From positions 299,530-363,529 of the forward strand of contig CAVUQH010000002.1 in the NCBI GenBank assembly GCA_963743525.1: a stretch of DNA of 64,000 nt. Reading direction: 5' to 3'. The notes under the pieces were generated by a model. The model made no database searches and was not told where the DNA came from. It saw only the letters and a program-made list of their open reading frames with translations. Source of the stretch: an uncultured delta proteobacterium (GTDB taxonomy: Bacteria > Myxococcota_A > Polyangia > Haliangiales > Haliangiaceae). Positions 1 to 11,878 of this stretch are shown piece by piece (positions within the stretch are counted from its first letter, which is position 1; every line of letters begins with the position of its first letter). The position numbers and the translations under genes were made by a program.

Positions 1-564
1 TCGATCGTCATCGCGCTGCTGGGCATCGCCATCGGTGCGGTCCACCTGTCGTTCCACGATCGCTCCGCGGTCAAGGCGCGCAAGGGCCTGGGCATCGTGC
101 TGGCGGTTGCCGGCATCACCGGCGCGGTCACCTCGATCATGACCCCGGACCGCTACCTGCCGTGGATCTACAACGAGCAGGTCGCCTTCCAGCAGGCCAA
201 GGCCGAGGGCAAGGGCGTGATGATCGACTTCGCCGCCAAGTGGTGCGGGCCGTGCAAAGAGCTCGAGCTGACGTTCGGCTCCAGCCAGGTCTACGACCAC
301 ATCATGGCCAACTACGTGCCGCTGCGCTTCGACGTCAGCAACGGCACCGACGCCGACGAGGCCCACCAGGAGAAGTACAAGGCGGCCAATCTGCCGGTCG
401 TGCTGTTCGTCTCCCCCGACGGCAAGGTGCTGGCTCGCATCAACGAGTTCAAGAAGCCGGGCGAGTTCTTGAAAGTCGTGCAACCGGCGACCGAACAGCT
501 GCACTCGGCGAGCAAGACCGCGCGGCTCGACGAGCCGGCCACGGTACCCGGCCAGGGCGGTTGA
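1..564 (+). CDS. DsbD-like thiol:disulfide interchange protein, C-terminal part (TM helices plus thioredoxin domain); 5'-truncated by the window edge
   Basis: Frame is open from base 1 with hydrophobic segments, followed by IDFAAKWCGPC and the LPVVLF cis-Pro region. Confidence 0.8.
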   Translation, partial: SIVIALLGIAIGAVHLSFHDRSAVKARKGLGIVLAVAGITGAVTSIMTPDRYLPWIYNEQVAFQQAKAEGKGVMIDFAAKWCGPCKELELTFGSSQVYDHIMANYVPLRFDVSNGTDADEAHQEKYKAANLPVVLFVSPDGKVLARINEFKKPGEFLKVVQPATEQLHSASKTARLDEPATVPGQGG

Positions 565-1037
565 TGACCCGGCTGGCGCTGGCGTGTGTAGCCCTCGCCC
601 TGGTGGCGAGCTGCACCCGCGCCAGCGACACCGCTGCGCCTGCGCCCGGCAACCGCCAGGCCCACGCCGAAGCGCCCCGCGCGCTGCAGTGGGAGACCGA
701 CGAGCCGGCGGCGCTGGCCCGCGCCAGGCGCGAGGGTCGGCCGCTGGTGATCGACTTTCGCTCGGAGTGGTGCGCGCCGTGCCAGGAGCTGGAGGAGAAG
801 ACTTTCTCCGACGCCGAGGTCGCCCGCCTGCTGGCGACCCGCGCGGTGACCCTGCGCGTGGACGTCACCGATGTGACCGATGCCCACGAGGCGCTGATGC
901 AGAAGTACCGCGTCGAGACCTTGCCGGCGATCATCTTCTTCGACGCGGCCGGCAACGAGCGCGGGCGCATCACCGACTACGCCAGGCCGGCGCAGTTCCT
1001 GGCCCGTGCCCGCGAGCTGCTCGGCCCGGCTACTTGA
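564..1037 (+). CDS. Thioredoxin-family lipoprotein
   Basis: ATG overlaps the upstream TGA; lipobox-like LVASC; IDFRSEWCAPC motif. Confidence 0.85.
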   Translation: MTRLALACVALALVASCTRASDTAAPAPGNRQAHAEAPRALQWETDEPAALARARREGRPLVIDFRSEWCAPCQELEEKTFSDAEVARLLATRAVTLRVDVTDVTDAHEALMQKYRVETLPAIIFFDAAGNERGRITDYARPAQFLARARELLGPAT

Positions 1038-1674
1038 GCTGGAACTCGAAGCGCAGGCCCGCCAGCACCGAGCCCTGCACGCTGGTGTACTGGTTGCTGT
1101 TGTTGTTGGCGATGCCGTTCTTGAACATGTAGCCGGCCTGGATCGGGATGCGCAGGTTGAGCGACACCACCCGATTGAGCCGGTAGCCGAGCGCGAAGCT
1201 GGCCTGGACCAGGAAGCCCTTGTCGGTGACCTGGGCGTTGTCGAGCGGCGGCATCACCTGCTGGCCGGTGCCGACGCCGAAACCGGTGCCGATGCCCAGC
1301 TCGGCGTAGCCGACCTGGTAGACGTCGTCGCCCACGCGCTTGCCCTTTTCCAGGTGACCACCGCGCTGGTCACCGAAGTGCATCTTCAGATCGAAGCCGA
1401 GCATGAACTGCGTCCACGTGCCGAGCAGGCCGCCGCTGCCGAGGTACTGGGAATGCTCGATCCAGCCGTCGACCCACAGCACCTCGGCGCCGACCAGCGC
1501 GCCGTAGGTCGCACCGCTGGTGCCCTTGTGAAAGGCGGCATCCTTGGCATCGCCCGATACCCCGCGGCCCGCGGCACCGCCGCCCTGGGCAGCGGCGTAC
1601 AGGGTCAGGATGTCGGCGCGCGCGGGCGCGGCCAGGGCGCCGAGAACGGCGCAGACCATGACGATTCGCTTCAT
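1030..1674 (-). CDS. Secreted protein, probable small outer-membrane beta-barrel
   Basis: Signal peptide MKRIV...APARA; alternating amphipathic strands; C-terminal LRFEFQLK. Confidence 0.65.
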   Translation of the reverse strand: MKRIVMVCAVLGALAAPARADILTLYAAAQGGGAAGRGVSGDAKDAAFHKGTSGATYGALVGAEVLWVDGWIEHSQYLGSGGLLGTWTQFMLGFDLKMHFGDQRGGHLEKGKRVGDDVYQVGYAELGIGTGFGVGTGQQVMPPLDNAQVTDKGFLVQASFALGYRLNRVVSLNLRIPIQAGYMFKNGIANNNSNQYTSVQGSVLAGLRFEFQLK

Positions 1675-2374
1675 AAGGAGTCTCCCAGGAGCGCGGCCAG
1701 ACGGCGCGCTTCGAATCCTACTAGAACCCGGCCGTGGACGTCGATGACCGGCACCCAATCGGCGGCGACGCCGACTCGCGCCAGCACGCGCGCCATCTCC
1801 TCGGCGCGCGCCGGATCTTCTCGACGTCGACGAACTGATACTTCACCGACCGCTGGTCGAGATAGGCGCGGGTGTCGCGGCAGGCCGCACACCAGCTGGC
1901 GCCGTAGACGGTGACCGTCGGCCGCGCACGGACGCCGCCGAAGAGCCCCTCGACCGCGGGTACGGCGACGCGCGACGCCCGGCCCGGCGGCAGCGCGGCC
2001 AGTGCGCGGGCTTCGAAGTCGATGCGCCGCATGCGGGCGGCGGTGAACCGTCCGTCGGCATCCGGTCGGTTCAGATCGACGACCTGCACCGGAACATCAT
2101 CCCCCGGCGCCGACCGGCGCGCCGTGGGAGGGATCACGCGCACCACCGTGCGCGACCGCAGCGGCACGGCGCCGGCCCCGCGTGCCCGGCGGAAGCGCCC
2201 GCCGAGATCGGCGTACTCGAAGGTGACGTCGTCACCGGTGCCCACGCGCAACAGCGCGTCGACGCCGCCGTCGTCCGCGGTGCCATCGCTCGTGCGTTCG
2301 CGCACGCGGCAGCCGGTCGCCGTGCACAACGCAACCGCGATCACCAGCGGCCGCCATCTCACCGCGCCCCTCAC
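1671..2374 (-). CDS. Glutaredoxin/NrdH-like domain lipoprotein (one frameshift near 1820)
   Basis: VTVYGASWCAAC...FVDVEK continues in another frame as DPARAEEM...VPVIDVHGRVLVGF; adding one G restores the frame. Confidence 0.75.
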
Positions 2375-2395
2375 AGGGATCGATCATAGCGCGGC

Positions 2396-2992
2396 TCAGT
2401 TGATCACCACGAGCTCGGTCGAGTCCTTGGCGCAGAAGGTCGCCGACAGGTCGTAGCGCTGCTGGCACTGCGGGCAGATCTTGGCGATGATCCCGGTCGG
2501 CTTGCGGTCGAGGCCGCGGGTGGTGACCGAGTAGACCGCCACCGCGCACAGCTCGGTGGCGTCGTGCGGGCAGAAGCGAACGCCGGCGTCGTACGAGCGA
2601 CTGCAGCTGGGGCAGACGGTGCCTTCCTTGCGCCGCGGCTCGTGCAGCTCGTGGCGTGGAATCAGCGGGCGGGCATCGTGCGGGCAGTACGACAGGCCGG
2701 TGTCGTACTCGCGCCGGCAGGTGGGGCAGATCATGCTGTCGTCGCGAGCTACTTCCAGCCCGCCGCCGCCGCCGGCGAACGCGCGCGGCAGCTCGCGCGG
2801 CCGGGTGACGTACTCGACTCCCTCGACGTGAACATCGCGCCCCAGCGACACCCGGCGCGGCGTCGGGCCGGGCGTCGGCTCGGACTCTTTCGCGCGGCGG
2901 CGCAGGACCACGCCGAAGACGATCAGGAATCCGAGAATCAGAATCAGCAGCCCGGCGAGCGCGAGCAGCGCGAGCCGCGCGCCCGCAGACAT
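2396..2992 (-). CDS. Membrane-anchored protein with three CPxC-x10-C(P/A)xD zinc-ribbon repeats
   Basis: N-terminal TM helix; CPTC..CPHD, CPSC..CPHD and CPQC..CAKD. Confidence 0.8.
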   Translation of the reverse strand: MSAGARLALLALAGLLILILGFLIVFGVVLRRRAKESEPTPGPTPRRVSLGRDVHVEGVEYVTRPRELPRAFAGGGGGLEVARDDSMICPTCRREYDTGLSYCPHDARPLIPRHELHEPRRKEGTVCPSCSRSYDAGVRFCPHDATELCAVAVYSVTTRGLDRKPTGIIAKICPQCQQRYDLSATFCAKDSTELVVIN

Positions 2993-3170
2993 GGAGCTCG
3001 ATCCGAGCGTTATGCAGGTCCGATCGAAGAGGGAATACGTCACACGCGCCTCGGCCGACCTCGAGAGAGGCTTAGCATACCGCGCCGAGCCCGCCCCGCG
3101 ACTGGAAAGAGCACCCGGCGACTCCCGCGACCCCGTGTGACGAACGCCGGTTTGCGCTATCGTCCGCGCG

Positions 3171-4901
3171 ATGAGCGACCTGGTGATCGGCGGTCGGCGC
3201 TCCGGCTCGGCGCGGCGCAGCATGCGGGCTGCGGCGATCGCCAGTCTTGCGGTCGTCTTCGCGCTCCTGGTCGCTTACATGATCTTTCGCCGCGTCGTGT
3301 CGTACGTGGTGCCAGAGGGGTCGGTGCCGGACACGCCGCTCATGGTTACCGGCACCGAGGGGACACCGTCGCGGCTCGGCTTCGGCGACTCGTCGCTGTC
3401 CTACTCCGGACACATCGCGGTGCTCCGACTTGTGGGGAAGCCTCACACACTGGGCGTCGCCCAGGGTCGACTGCTCGGCGCCAGCGTCGGCGCGGTCGCC
3501 CGCACTCTCGAGCCGGCGGTCGACTACACCGTCTCCCGCTCCGGCCTGTTCGGCGACTCGACCCACTCGACGCGGTTGCGCTGGCGCCAGCGAATGCTCG
3601 ACGACGGCATCCCCGGGCATCAGCTGCTCGACATCGCCGGTGTGGTCCGCGGCGCGCGCAAGAGCACGGGCAGCGCACCGGAGTACGAGTCGTTCCTGCG
3701 CCAGCAAGCCGTGCTCGACGTCGGCACGGCGCCACCGTGGACCGAGGGCCGGCGCTTTCGCACCGTCGCCCGGTCGCTCGGCTTCGTCGCCACGTTGCGC
3801 GGCACCAGTGGCGATCGCCTGCTGGTCGGTCGCAGCTTCGCCTTGCCCGGCGCCGCCGACGAGGGCGCGACCGCCGCCGAGAACTTGACGGTGAGCTTCG
3901 TCCGCGACTCGGGCGGCGAGATCATCCCGTTCGCCTCGATCGGCTGGCCCGGTTTGGTCGGCGTGGTCAGCGGCATCAACGCCGAGGGCATCGCCGTGAT
4001 GGTCCATCCGGCGCGCGCTGCCAACGTACGAGTGACCCGCGAAGCGCAGCCGATTCCCCTGCTCGCCCGCGAGATCCTCGAGCACGCGCGCACCCTCGAC
4101 GACGCCATCGCGGTGCTCCAGCACGGCGACCCGCTGGGCGCGGCAGCGGTGTTGATCGTCGACGGCAACGCGCGCAGCTGGGCGGTGGTCGACGTGACGC
4201 CGGGCGGCGTCGAAGCGCGCCGCGGACAGACCCCACCGGTGGTCACCGGCATCTTGAAAGCCGACGACCTGCAGAGCGATCCGGAGAACGATCGCGCGCA
4301 GCGGATCCGTCCGGCCGCGACCCGGGCCAAGCGGGTCGCGCGGATGTTGCGCGGGGTCATCGCCAGGCCCGAAGACGTGGCCGCGATCCTCCGCGACAGG
4401 CGCGGCGTCGACGACGCGCCGCTGCCGCTCGGTCACCGCGGCGCGGTGCAAGATCTGGCCGCGGTACACACGGCGATCGTCGACGCCTCCGGCATGGTGC
4501 TGTGGGTCAGTGAGGGCCCCGGCGCCAGCGGCCGCTTCCGCGCCTTCGATCTGCGCTACGAGCTGCGCCGCGAGGGCGCGCGCCCTGCCCCGCCGCCCGA
4601 TATCCCCGCCGACGCCGAGCTCGATCCGGGAGACGCCGCGGCGATCCTCGCCGCCCGCGCGGATCTGCGCCAGGCCCGTCACGCCTGGTCGGACGGCACC
4701 CATCGCCGCGCGCGAGAGCTGGTCCAGCGGGCGCTGGCGAGAGCGCCGACCCTGCCCGAGGCGCTGCGCATGGCCGGTGACTACGCGCGCGCCGACGGCG
4801 ACCACGAAGTGGCCGATCAGTTCTACCGGCGCTACCTCGAGGTCGGCCCCGACGACCTGGCCGCCGAAGAAGAGATCAAGGCGCTGCTCAACAACCTGTG
4901 A
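3171..4901 (+). CDS. Peptidase C45/Ntn-hydrolase-like protein with C-terminal TPR-like helices
   Basis: N-terminal TM; LLVGRSF, SIGWPGLVGVVSGINAEGI and REILEHARTLDDA segments typical of the C45 family. Confidence 0.75.
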   Translation: MSDLVIGGRRSGSARRSMRAAAIASLAVVFALLVAYMIFRRVVSYVVPEGSVPDTPLMVTGTEGTPSRLGFGDSSLSYSGHIAVLRLVGKPHTLGVAQGRLLGASVGAVARTLEPAVDYTVSRSGLFGDSTHSTRLRWRQRMLDDGIPGHQLLDIAGVVRGARKSTGSAPEYESFLRQQAVLDVGTAPPWTEGRRFRTVARSLGFVATLRGTSGDRLLVGRSFALPGAADEGATAAENLTVSFVRDSGGEIIPFASIGWPGLVGVVSGINAEGIAVMVHPARAANVRVTREAQPIPLLAREILEHARTLDDAIAVLQHGDPLGAAAVLIVDGNARSWAVVDVTPGGVEARRGQTPPVVTGILKADDLQSDPENDRAQRIRPAATRAKRVARMLRGVIARPEDVAAILRDRRGVDDAPLPLGHRGAVQDLAAVHTAIVDASGMVLWVSEGPGASGRFRAFDLRYELRREGARPAPPPDIPADAELDPGDAAAILAARADLRQARHAWSDGTHRRARELVQRALARAPTLPEALRMAGDYARADGDHEVADQFYRRYLEVGPDDLAAEEEIKALLNNL

Positions 4902-4911
4902 CCGCGCGCGA

Positions 4912-6225
<1,314 letters not shown>

Positions 6226-6256
6226 CCGCCCCCGGTTGGAGTCGATTATTCCCCGA

Positions 6257-6708
<452 letters not shown>

Positions 6709-6730
<22 letters not shown>

Positions 6731-7860
6731 AGCACCAGCGCTCCGACCGCGAGGGCGGCGACTGCCACCAACGTCCATGCTACCAGACCCGGGCGCGAGC
6801 TCTCTTCCAGTCGCGCGCTGGCCGGCCCGCCGGGGGCCTCCTCTGCCGACGCGGGGCCGGCAACCTCGCCGCGGTAAACCGGGTGCTGGCCGGTGGCCGG
6901 AATCGGTGGCGGCCCGGGGTCCTCGGCCAGGCCGGCCTTGGCCGCCAGCCGCCGGGCCACCCACGAGGTCGTGGTCAGGGCGCGGTCGCCCTCCTCGGAC
7001 GGGTCGATCTCGGTGAAGCGGGGCAGGTCTTCCTCGCTGAGCGGCGGGCGCAGCCCCTCACCATCGAAGCGGGCGATGACGGCGGTGACGTTGTCGGGTG
7101 CGCCGGCGGAGTGGGCCAGGCGAATCAGGGTGTCGGCGGCCTCGTCCAGATCCGGGCAGGCCGACAGGGTCGCCCGCAGCTTGTCGTCGTCCACCGGCCC
7201 GTGCAAACCGTCCGAGCAGAGCAGCAGGGCATCGCCGCGGCGGACCTCGACCAGCGAGATCGACGGGTTGACGTCCTCCTTCACCCCCAGCGCCTGCAGG
7301 ATCATGTTGGCGTGCATGGTCTGCTTGGCCTCGCGCGGGGTCATGCGGCCGGAATGCACCAGCGCGGCGGCGATCGACTGATCGCGGGTGACCTGGGTCA
7401 GCGTGGAGCCGCGGTGGATGTAGGCGCGCGAGTCACCGACCTGGGCCAGGATGATCGCGTCGCCGACCAGGCCGGCGGCCGACACCGTGGTGCCCATGCC
7501 GTGGAGCGCGGGATCGCGGCTGCCCTCTTCGTGCACCCGGCGGTTGGCCAGACGCACCGCTCGGCGCAGGATGCGGGCGTAGACCGGCCGCTCGTCGGTG
7601 ACCCGGGCCGCGCGCATCTCGGCCCAGATCACGTCGGCGGCCAGCTTGCTGGCGACCTCGCCACCGGCGGCGCCGCCCATGCCGTCGCAGACGATGAGCA
7701 GCGGTCCGCGGCGAACGATGGTGCGCTTGTCCGGCTCCGCGGCCTCGATCGACTCGCCGGCGTCGAGGTCACCGACCAGGAAGGTGTCCTGGTTGTTCGC
7801 GCGGATCAGACCGACGTCGGTCCGCGCGATCACCTCGACCGATACCGGCGGCCGGTCCAC
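6709..7860 (-). CDS. PP2C-family Ser/Thr protein phosphatase (PrpC/Stp1-like), membrane anchored
   Basis: TDVGLIR, NQD, CDGMGG, VGDSRAY, CSDGL and PDNVT motifs. Confidence 0.93.
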
Positions 7861-7863
7861 CGC

Positions 7864-9078
7864 CTACAAGCCGGGCTCGAAGCGGAAGAGCTGGTCGCCC
7901 ATGCGCAGGTGATCGCCGCGACGCAGCTCCCACGCCCCGGACAGGCGCAGGAACGTACCGTTGGAGCTGTGCAGGTCTTCGATGACGCAGCGCCCGCTCT
8001 GCCAGCGCAGCGCGGCGTGGCGGCGGGACAGGAAGGCGTCGTCGTCGAACACCAGATCGCCCTCCTCGCGGCCGATGACGATCTCGGGGTCGTCGAGGAA
8101 GCGGACGTCGCGGATGCCGCCGTTGGGCAGCATCTGCATCAGCCGTCCCCACGGCTCGCGCGGCGGCGAGCCGAACATGTGCACGCCGTGGCGCACCAGC
8201 GGCGCCGCATCGCGCTCCTCGGCCGACACCTCTTCGAACCGCATCACCTCGCGACCGGCCAGGAAGTAGGCGCCGTCGGCCAGCGGCTCGGGGCCGGACA
8301 GCCGGCGGTAGACGCCGTTGAGGGTGTCGAGCGGCACCACCCGCGGCCCCTTGTCGCTGTGCTCCAGGCGCGCGTGTCGCGGCGCCAGGAAGGTGTCGTC
8401 GTCGAAGCAGATGTCGGCACCCGACCGGCCGACGACCACGAACTCGCCGCGCAGCGGGTAGCTGTCGCCGTCGGTGCCGTCGCGGTTGACCGACACCAGG
8501 GCGCCCCAGGAGACCGACGCCTCGACGTCGGTGGGACGATCCAGGCCGCCCCGTCCTTGCGGCGCCGCCAGGGTCTCGGCCACCGCCTCGCCCGAGGCGA
8601 TGCCGGGCCGGGGAGGTGCTGCGGGCGGCGGTCCGCCCGGCGCTCCGCCAATTTGGCCGCCGACCTGCCCGGCCGAGCCGCCGAACGAGCCGCCGGGTCC
8701 GGGCGCCGCGGCGGGCGGGCGAACCGGGCCGCTGCCGCCGAGGCGGGATCCGCACTGCTGGCAGAAGGCGAAGCCGGTCGGCGTCTGGCCACCGCAGGTG
8801 GGGCACAGCTGCATCCCGCCCGCGCCCGCCGGCGGCGGCGCAGCCTGTGGCGGCGGTGCCACCTGCTGCGGTGCTGGCGCCGAAATCAGGCTGTTACCGC
8901 ACTGGCGACAGAAATTCATGCCCGGAGGGTTCTGCGTTCCGCACTGGGCACAGTGCCCGCTGGACAACCCGGCGCCGCCGCTCGGAGTCTGAGCGGAAGC
9001 ACTGAGGCGCGTGCCACAGTTCAGACAAAAGAGAGACCCTTCTGGACTTTCCCTACTGCAATTCGGGCAGCGAGGCAT
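7864..9078 (-). CDS. Triple zinc-ribbon plus two FHA domain protein
   Basis: Three CxxC-x10-CxxC ribbons, then two FHA motif sets (VGRS..APRHA..TLNGVY; IGRE..SRRHA..SSNGTF). Confidence 0.9.
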   Translation of the reverse strand: MPRCPNCSRESPEGSLFCLNCGTRLSASAQTPSGGAGLSSGHCAQCGTQNPPGMNFCRQCGNSLISAPAPQQVAPPPQAAPPPAGAGGMQLCPTCGGQTPTGFAFCQQCGSRLGGSGPVRPPAAAPGPGGSFGGSAGQVGGQIGGAPGGPPPAAPPRPGIASGEAVAETLAAPQGRGGLDRPTDVEASVSWGALVSVNRDGTDGDSYPLRGEFVVVGRSGADICFDDDTFLAPRHARLEHSDKGPRVVPLDTLNGVYRRLSGPEPLADGAYFLAGREVMRFEEVSAEERDAAPLVRHGVHMFGSPPREPWGRLMQMLPNGGIRDVRFLDDPEIVIGREEGDLVFDDDAFLSRRHAALRWQSGRCVIEDLHSSNGTFLRLSGAWELRRGDHLRMGDQLFRFEPGL

Positions 9079-9182
9079 TGGCCCTCCGGCGCGGCCGCAA
9101 TCGCGTTTGCAACGGGCACGTCACCCTGTTAAACCCCGCCTGCAACGTAGCAAAACCCCGAGAAAAAGGTCAAGCTCCCGCC

Positions 9183-10529
9183 GTGTTCGACTACCCTCGC
9201 GCACCCCTTCGCGGTGCGCTCGCTACCGCCGTATGCGCCCTCGCGCTGACCGGCTGCATGCCGCCGCAGCCGCGCACCGCTCCTTTCCGCGCTCGCCCCG
9301 ATTCGGTCCAGGCCGGCGATCTGCGCGGGCCGTTCACCGGCCGCGTGCTCGACGCCGCCTCGGGCAGCCCGGTCGCCGGCGCCATGGTCTACGCCACCTG
9401 GTCGCTCGATGACGGCCACGGCTCGGCCCAGCCGGCCGGCTACCGCGAGTACGTGACCTCGACCGACGCCTCCGGCCGCTACAAGGTGCCGGGATTCGCC
9501 AAGGTTGGGGCCCCCAACGGCAGCGTGACGCCCGGGGACGCGCGGATCACCGACTTCTACCTGGTCATCTACAAGCGCGGCTTCGTCGGCTACCGCAGCG
9601 ACCGCCGTTTCGACGACCTGGGCCCGCGGATGGACTTCGCGCAGAAGCAGAACAAGGTCCAGCTCGAGCGCTGGCGCCAGGAGTACTCCCATGCCCGCCA
9701 CCTGCGCTATCTGGGCGGCGGCGCCACCCTGGCCGCGCTGACCTCGTGGGAGGTCGACGAGGCCGCCGCCGAGCTGTCCGGCGAGGGCAGCCACACCCGC
9801 ATCGCCAGCGACCTGTTCCCCCAGCGCGGCAGCCGCCGCATCGTCGCCGCCCAGCTGATCGGCGAGGACGACATCAAGCAGGTCACCAAGTACGACGGCA
9901 GCTTCGAAGCCGGGCCGCTGGGTGACGAGCCGGACACCGACGTCTACAGCTCGCAGCACTTCAAGGCGCTGGGCCGGCCGCAGTCGTACGACATCGCCGT
10001 GCGCATGTGGCAGCTGGAGCCGGCCGAGGCCGAGGGCCGCTACTCGGCGCTGGTCGACTCGTTGCCCGACGTTGACGAGCGCAACGAGATCGCGACCCGC
10101 TCCCTGCGGGCCAAGGAGAACAACATCTTCGGCGTCGCGTTCATCGACCGCGAGCGCGGCACGGTGGTGCTGCTGACCTGCGGCGACAGCCAGTGCAAGG
10201 ACGACGAGTCCGCGGTCAAGCTGGCGCGCATCATGTACGACCGGATCGAGCGGAGCGTGCCCAAGCGCGCGGCGAGCGAATTGACGCCGGCGGACAGCGC
10301 GCCGGAAACGACGCCGGCGCCGGCCGAGGCAGCGCCCGCGGCCCCCAAAGACCAGCCCGCGGCCAAGCCGACCGCGCCGACCGAGGCGGCACCGGCGAAG
10401 GACGCGCCGGCCGAGGCGGCACCGGCGAAGGACGCGCCGGCCAGGACCGCACCGCCGGCCACGCCGGCCAAGGCCGCCCCGGCAGATTCCAAACCCGCCC
10501 CCGGAAAGACCGGAGACGACGCGCAATGA
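9183..10529 (+). CDS. Lipoprotein with carboxypeptidase-regulatory-like domain and Ala/Pro-rich tail
   Basis: Lipobox ALTGC; GRVLDAASGSPVAGA..TDASGRY; EAAPAKDAPA repeats. Start codon is uncertain. Confidence 0.7.
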   Translation: MFDYPRAPLRGALATAVCALALTGCMPPQPRTAPFRARPDSVQAGDLRGPFTGRVLDAASGSPVAGAMVYATWSLDDGHGSAQPAGYREYVTSTDASGRYKVPGFAKVGAPNGSVTPGDARITDFYLVIYKRGFVGYRSDRRFDDLGPRMDFAQKQNKVQLERWRQEYSHARHLRYLGGGATLAALTSWEVDEAAAELSGEGSHTRIASDLFPQRGSRRIVAAQLIGEDDIKQVTKYDGSFEAGPLGDEPDTDVYSSQHFKALGRPQSYDIAVRMWQLEPAEAEGRYSALVDSLPDVDERNEIATRSLRAKENNIFGVAFIDRERGTVVLLTCGDSQCKDDESAVKLARIMYDRIERSVPKRAASELTPADSAPETTPAPAEAAPAAPKDQPAAKPTAPTEAAPAKDAPAEAAPAKDAPARTAPPATPAKAAPADSKPAPGKTGDDAQ

Positions 10530-11878
10530 GACGTTTTTTCGCCCTCGCCGTGGCGCTCACGCTGGCCGCGGCTCTGCGCCCCGCCGGCGCCTACGAAGCC
10601 GCCACCACCCACGCCGGGCTCACCGAGCAGGCGGCGATGCACTCCAAGCTGCACGATCGGCTGCGCAAGCAGTTCGGCTACGACCGCGGCCTGCTGCAGC
10701 AGCTGATCATCCCGCCCGCCGACGCGCCGGCGCTGTTCGCCGTGCTGCGGCTGAACAACCCCGCGCACGGCTTCGTCCCCGACGGCCGCGGGCGGCAGTC
10801 GGCTCTGTCGTGGCTGGTCGCCGGCTCGGCCCTGGCCGATAGTCCGGCGGCGTTTGCCGACAACCACTACTTCGATCCGCTGACCGGCAAGGGCTTCGAC
10901 AACCATCCGTCGGCTGTCGACTGGGTGACCGACGCGAAGAACCCGATGGGCGTCACCGGCTTCCTCGCCCAGTACGCCAAGGCGGTGCGGGCCAAGACCC
11001 CGGGCGAGCGCGAGCGCCACCTGGCCGGCGCGCTGCTGGCCGCCGGCGCCGTCCTCCACGTGCTCGAGGACATGGGCTCGCCGTCGCACGTGCGCGACGA
11101 CCACGAAGCGCACTTGCAGCAGGTGGGGCCCGACCGCCACGACGTCGGCTCTCGCTTCGAGCGCATCGCCAGCCTGGCCTATGGCCGGCTGGGCGTGCCC
11201 GAGCCAACCGCCGAGGTGACCCGCGACGACCTGCGCTCGTTCTTCACCGCCAAGGACGGCAAGGGTCTGGCCGACCTCACCAGCCGCGACTACTTCTCCG
11301 CCGACACTCTGCCCCGATCGATCGATCTCGAAGGTCGCGTGGGCAAGGACGAGCTCGGCCGCCTGCTGGCCGCCAGTGTCCGCCGGCCCGCGCCGGTGCC
11401 GCTGCCGCAGCTCGATCTCATCGGCGCGGCGCGCGGCGCGGTGACGCTGACCGGCGAGCGCGGCGAATGCCTGGCCCGCTACCGGGTCGAAAAAGCGCGC
11501 CTGCGCTTCTCCACCGACGACGACTGTGCGCTCGAGCAGCTGGCGCTGCTCCTGCCGCGCACCGGCGCCTACGCCACCGGCCTGCTCGACTACCTGTTCC
11601 GCGGCCAGCTGGTGGTCTACGCCAAGCCGAGCGGCGTGTCGGCCGCGGTCGCTGGCGCCGCTGCCGGCGCCGGCACGCTGGAGCTGTTCTGGGACGACGC
11701 CAGCGGCGTGCGCACGTCGCTGGGCTCCATCAAGGTCAGCGGCGCGAGCCGCGGCAAGCAGCTGGGCAAGGTCGGCCAGGCCCCGCCCAAGGCGGTGCGC
11801 GTGGTCGCCCTGTTCGAGGGCGTGGACGCCAAGGGCCAGCCGCTGGTCGCCACCGGTCAGCTCGCGCTGAAGCAGTAG
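10526..11878 (+). CDS. Secreted protein with phospholipase C/P1-nuclease-like Zn motifs
   Basis: Signal peptide, then YEAATTH, DNHYFDP and GAVLHVLEDMGSPSHVRDD; ATG overlaps the upstream stop. Confidence 0.6.
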   Translation: MRRFFALAVALTLAAALRPAGAYEAATTHAGLTEQAAMHSKLHDRLRKQFGYDRGLLQQLIIPPADAPALFAVLRLNNPAHGFVPDGRGRQSALSWLVAGSALADSPAAFADNHYFDPLTGKGFDNHPSAVDWVTDAKNPMGVTGFLAQYAKAVRAKTPGERERHLAGALLAAGAVLHVLEDMGSPSHVRDDHEAHLQQVGPDRHDVGSRFERIASLAYGRLGVPEPTAEVTRDDLRSFFTAKDGKGLADLTSRDYFSADTLPRSIDLEGRVGKDELGRLLAASVRRPAPVPLPQLDLIGAARGAVTLTGERGECLARYRVEKARLRFSTDDDCALEQLALLLPRTGAYATGLLDYLFRGQLVVYAKPSGVSAAVAGAAAGAGTLELFWDDASGVRTSLGSIKVSGASRGKQLGKVGQAPPKAVRVVALFEGVDAKGQPLVATGQLALKQ

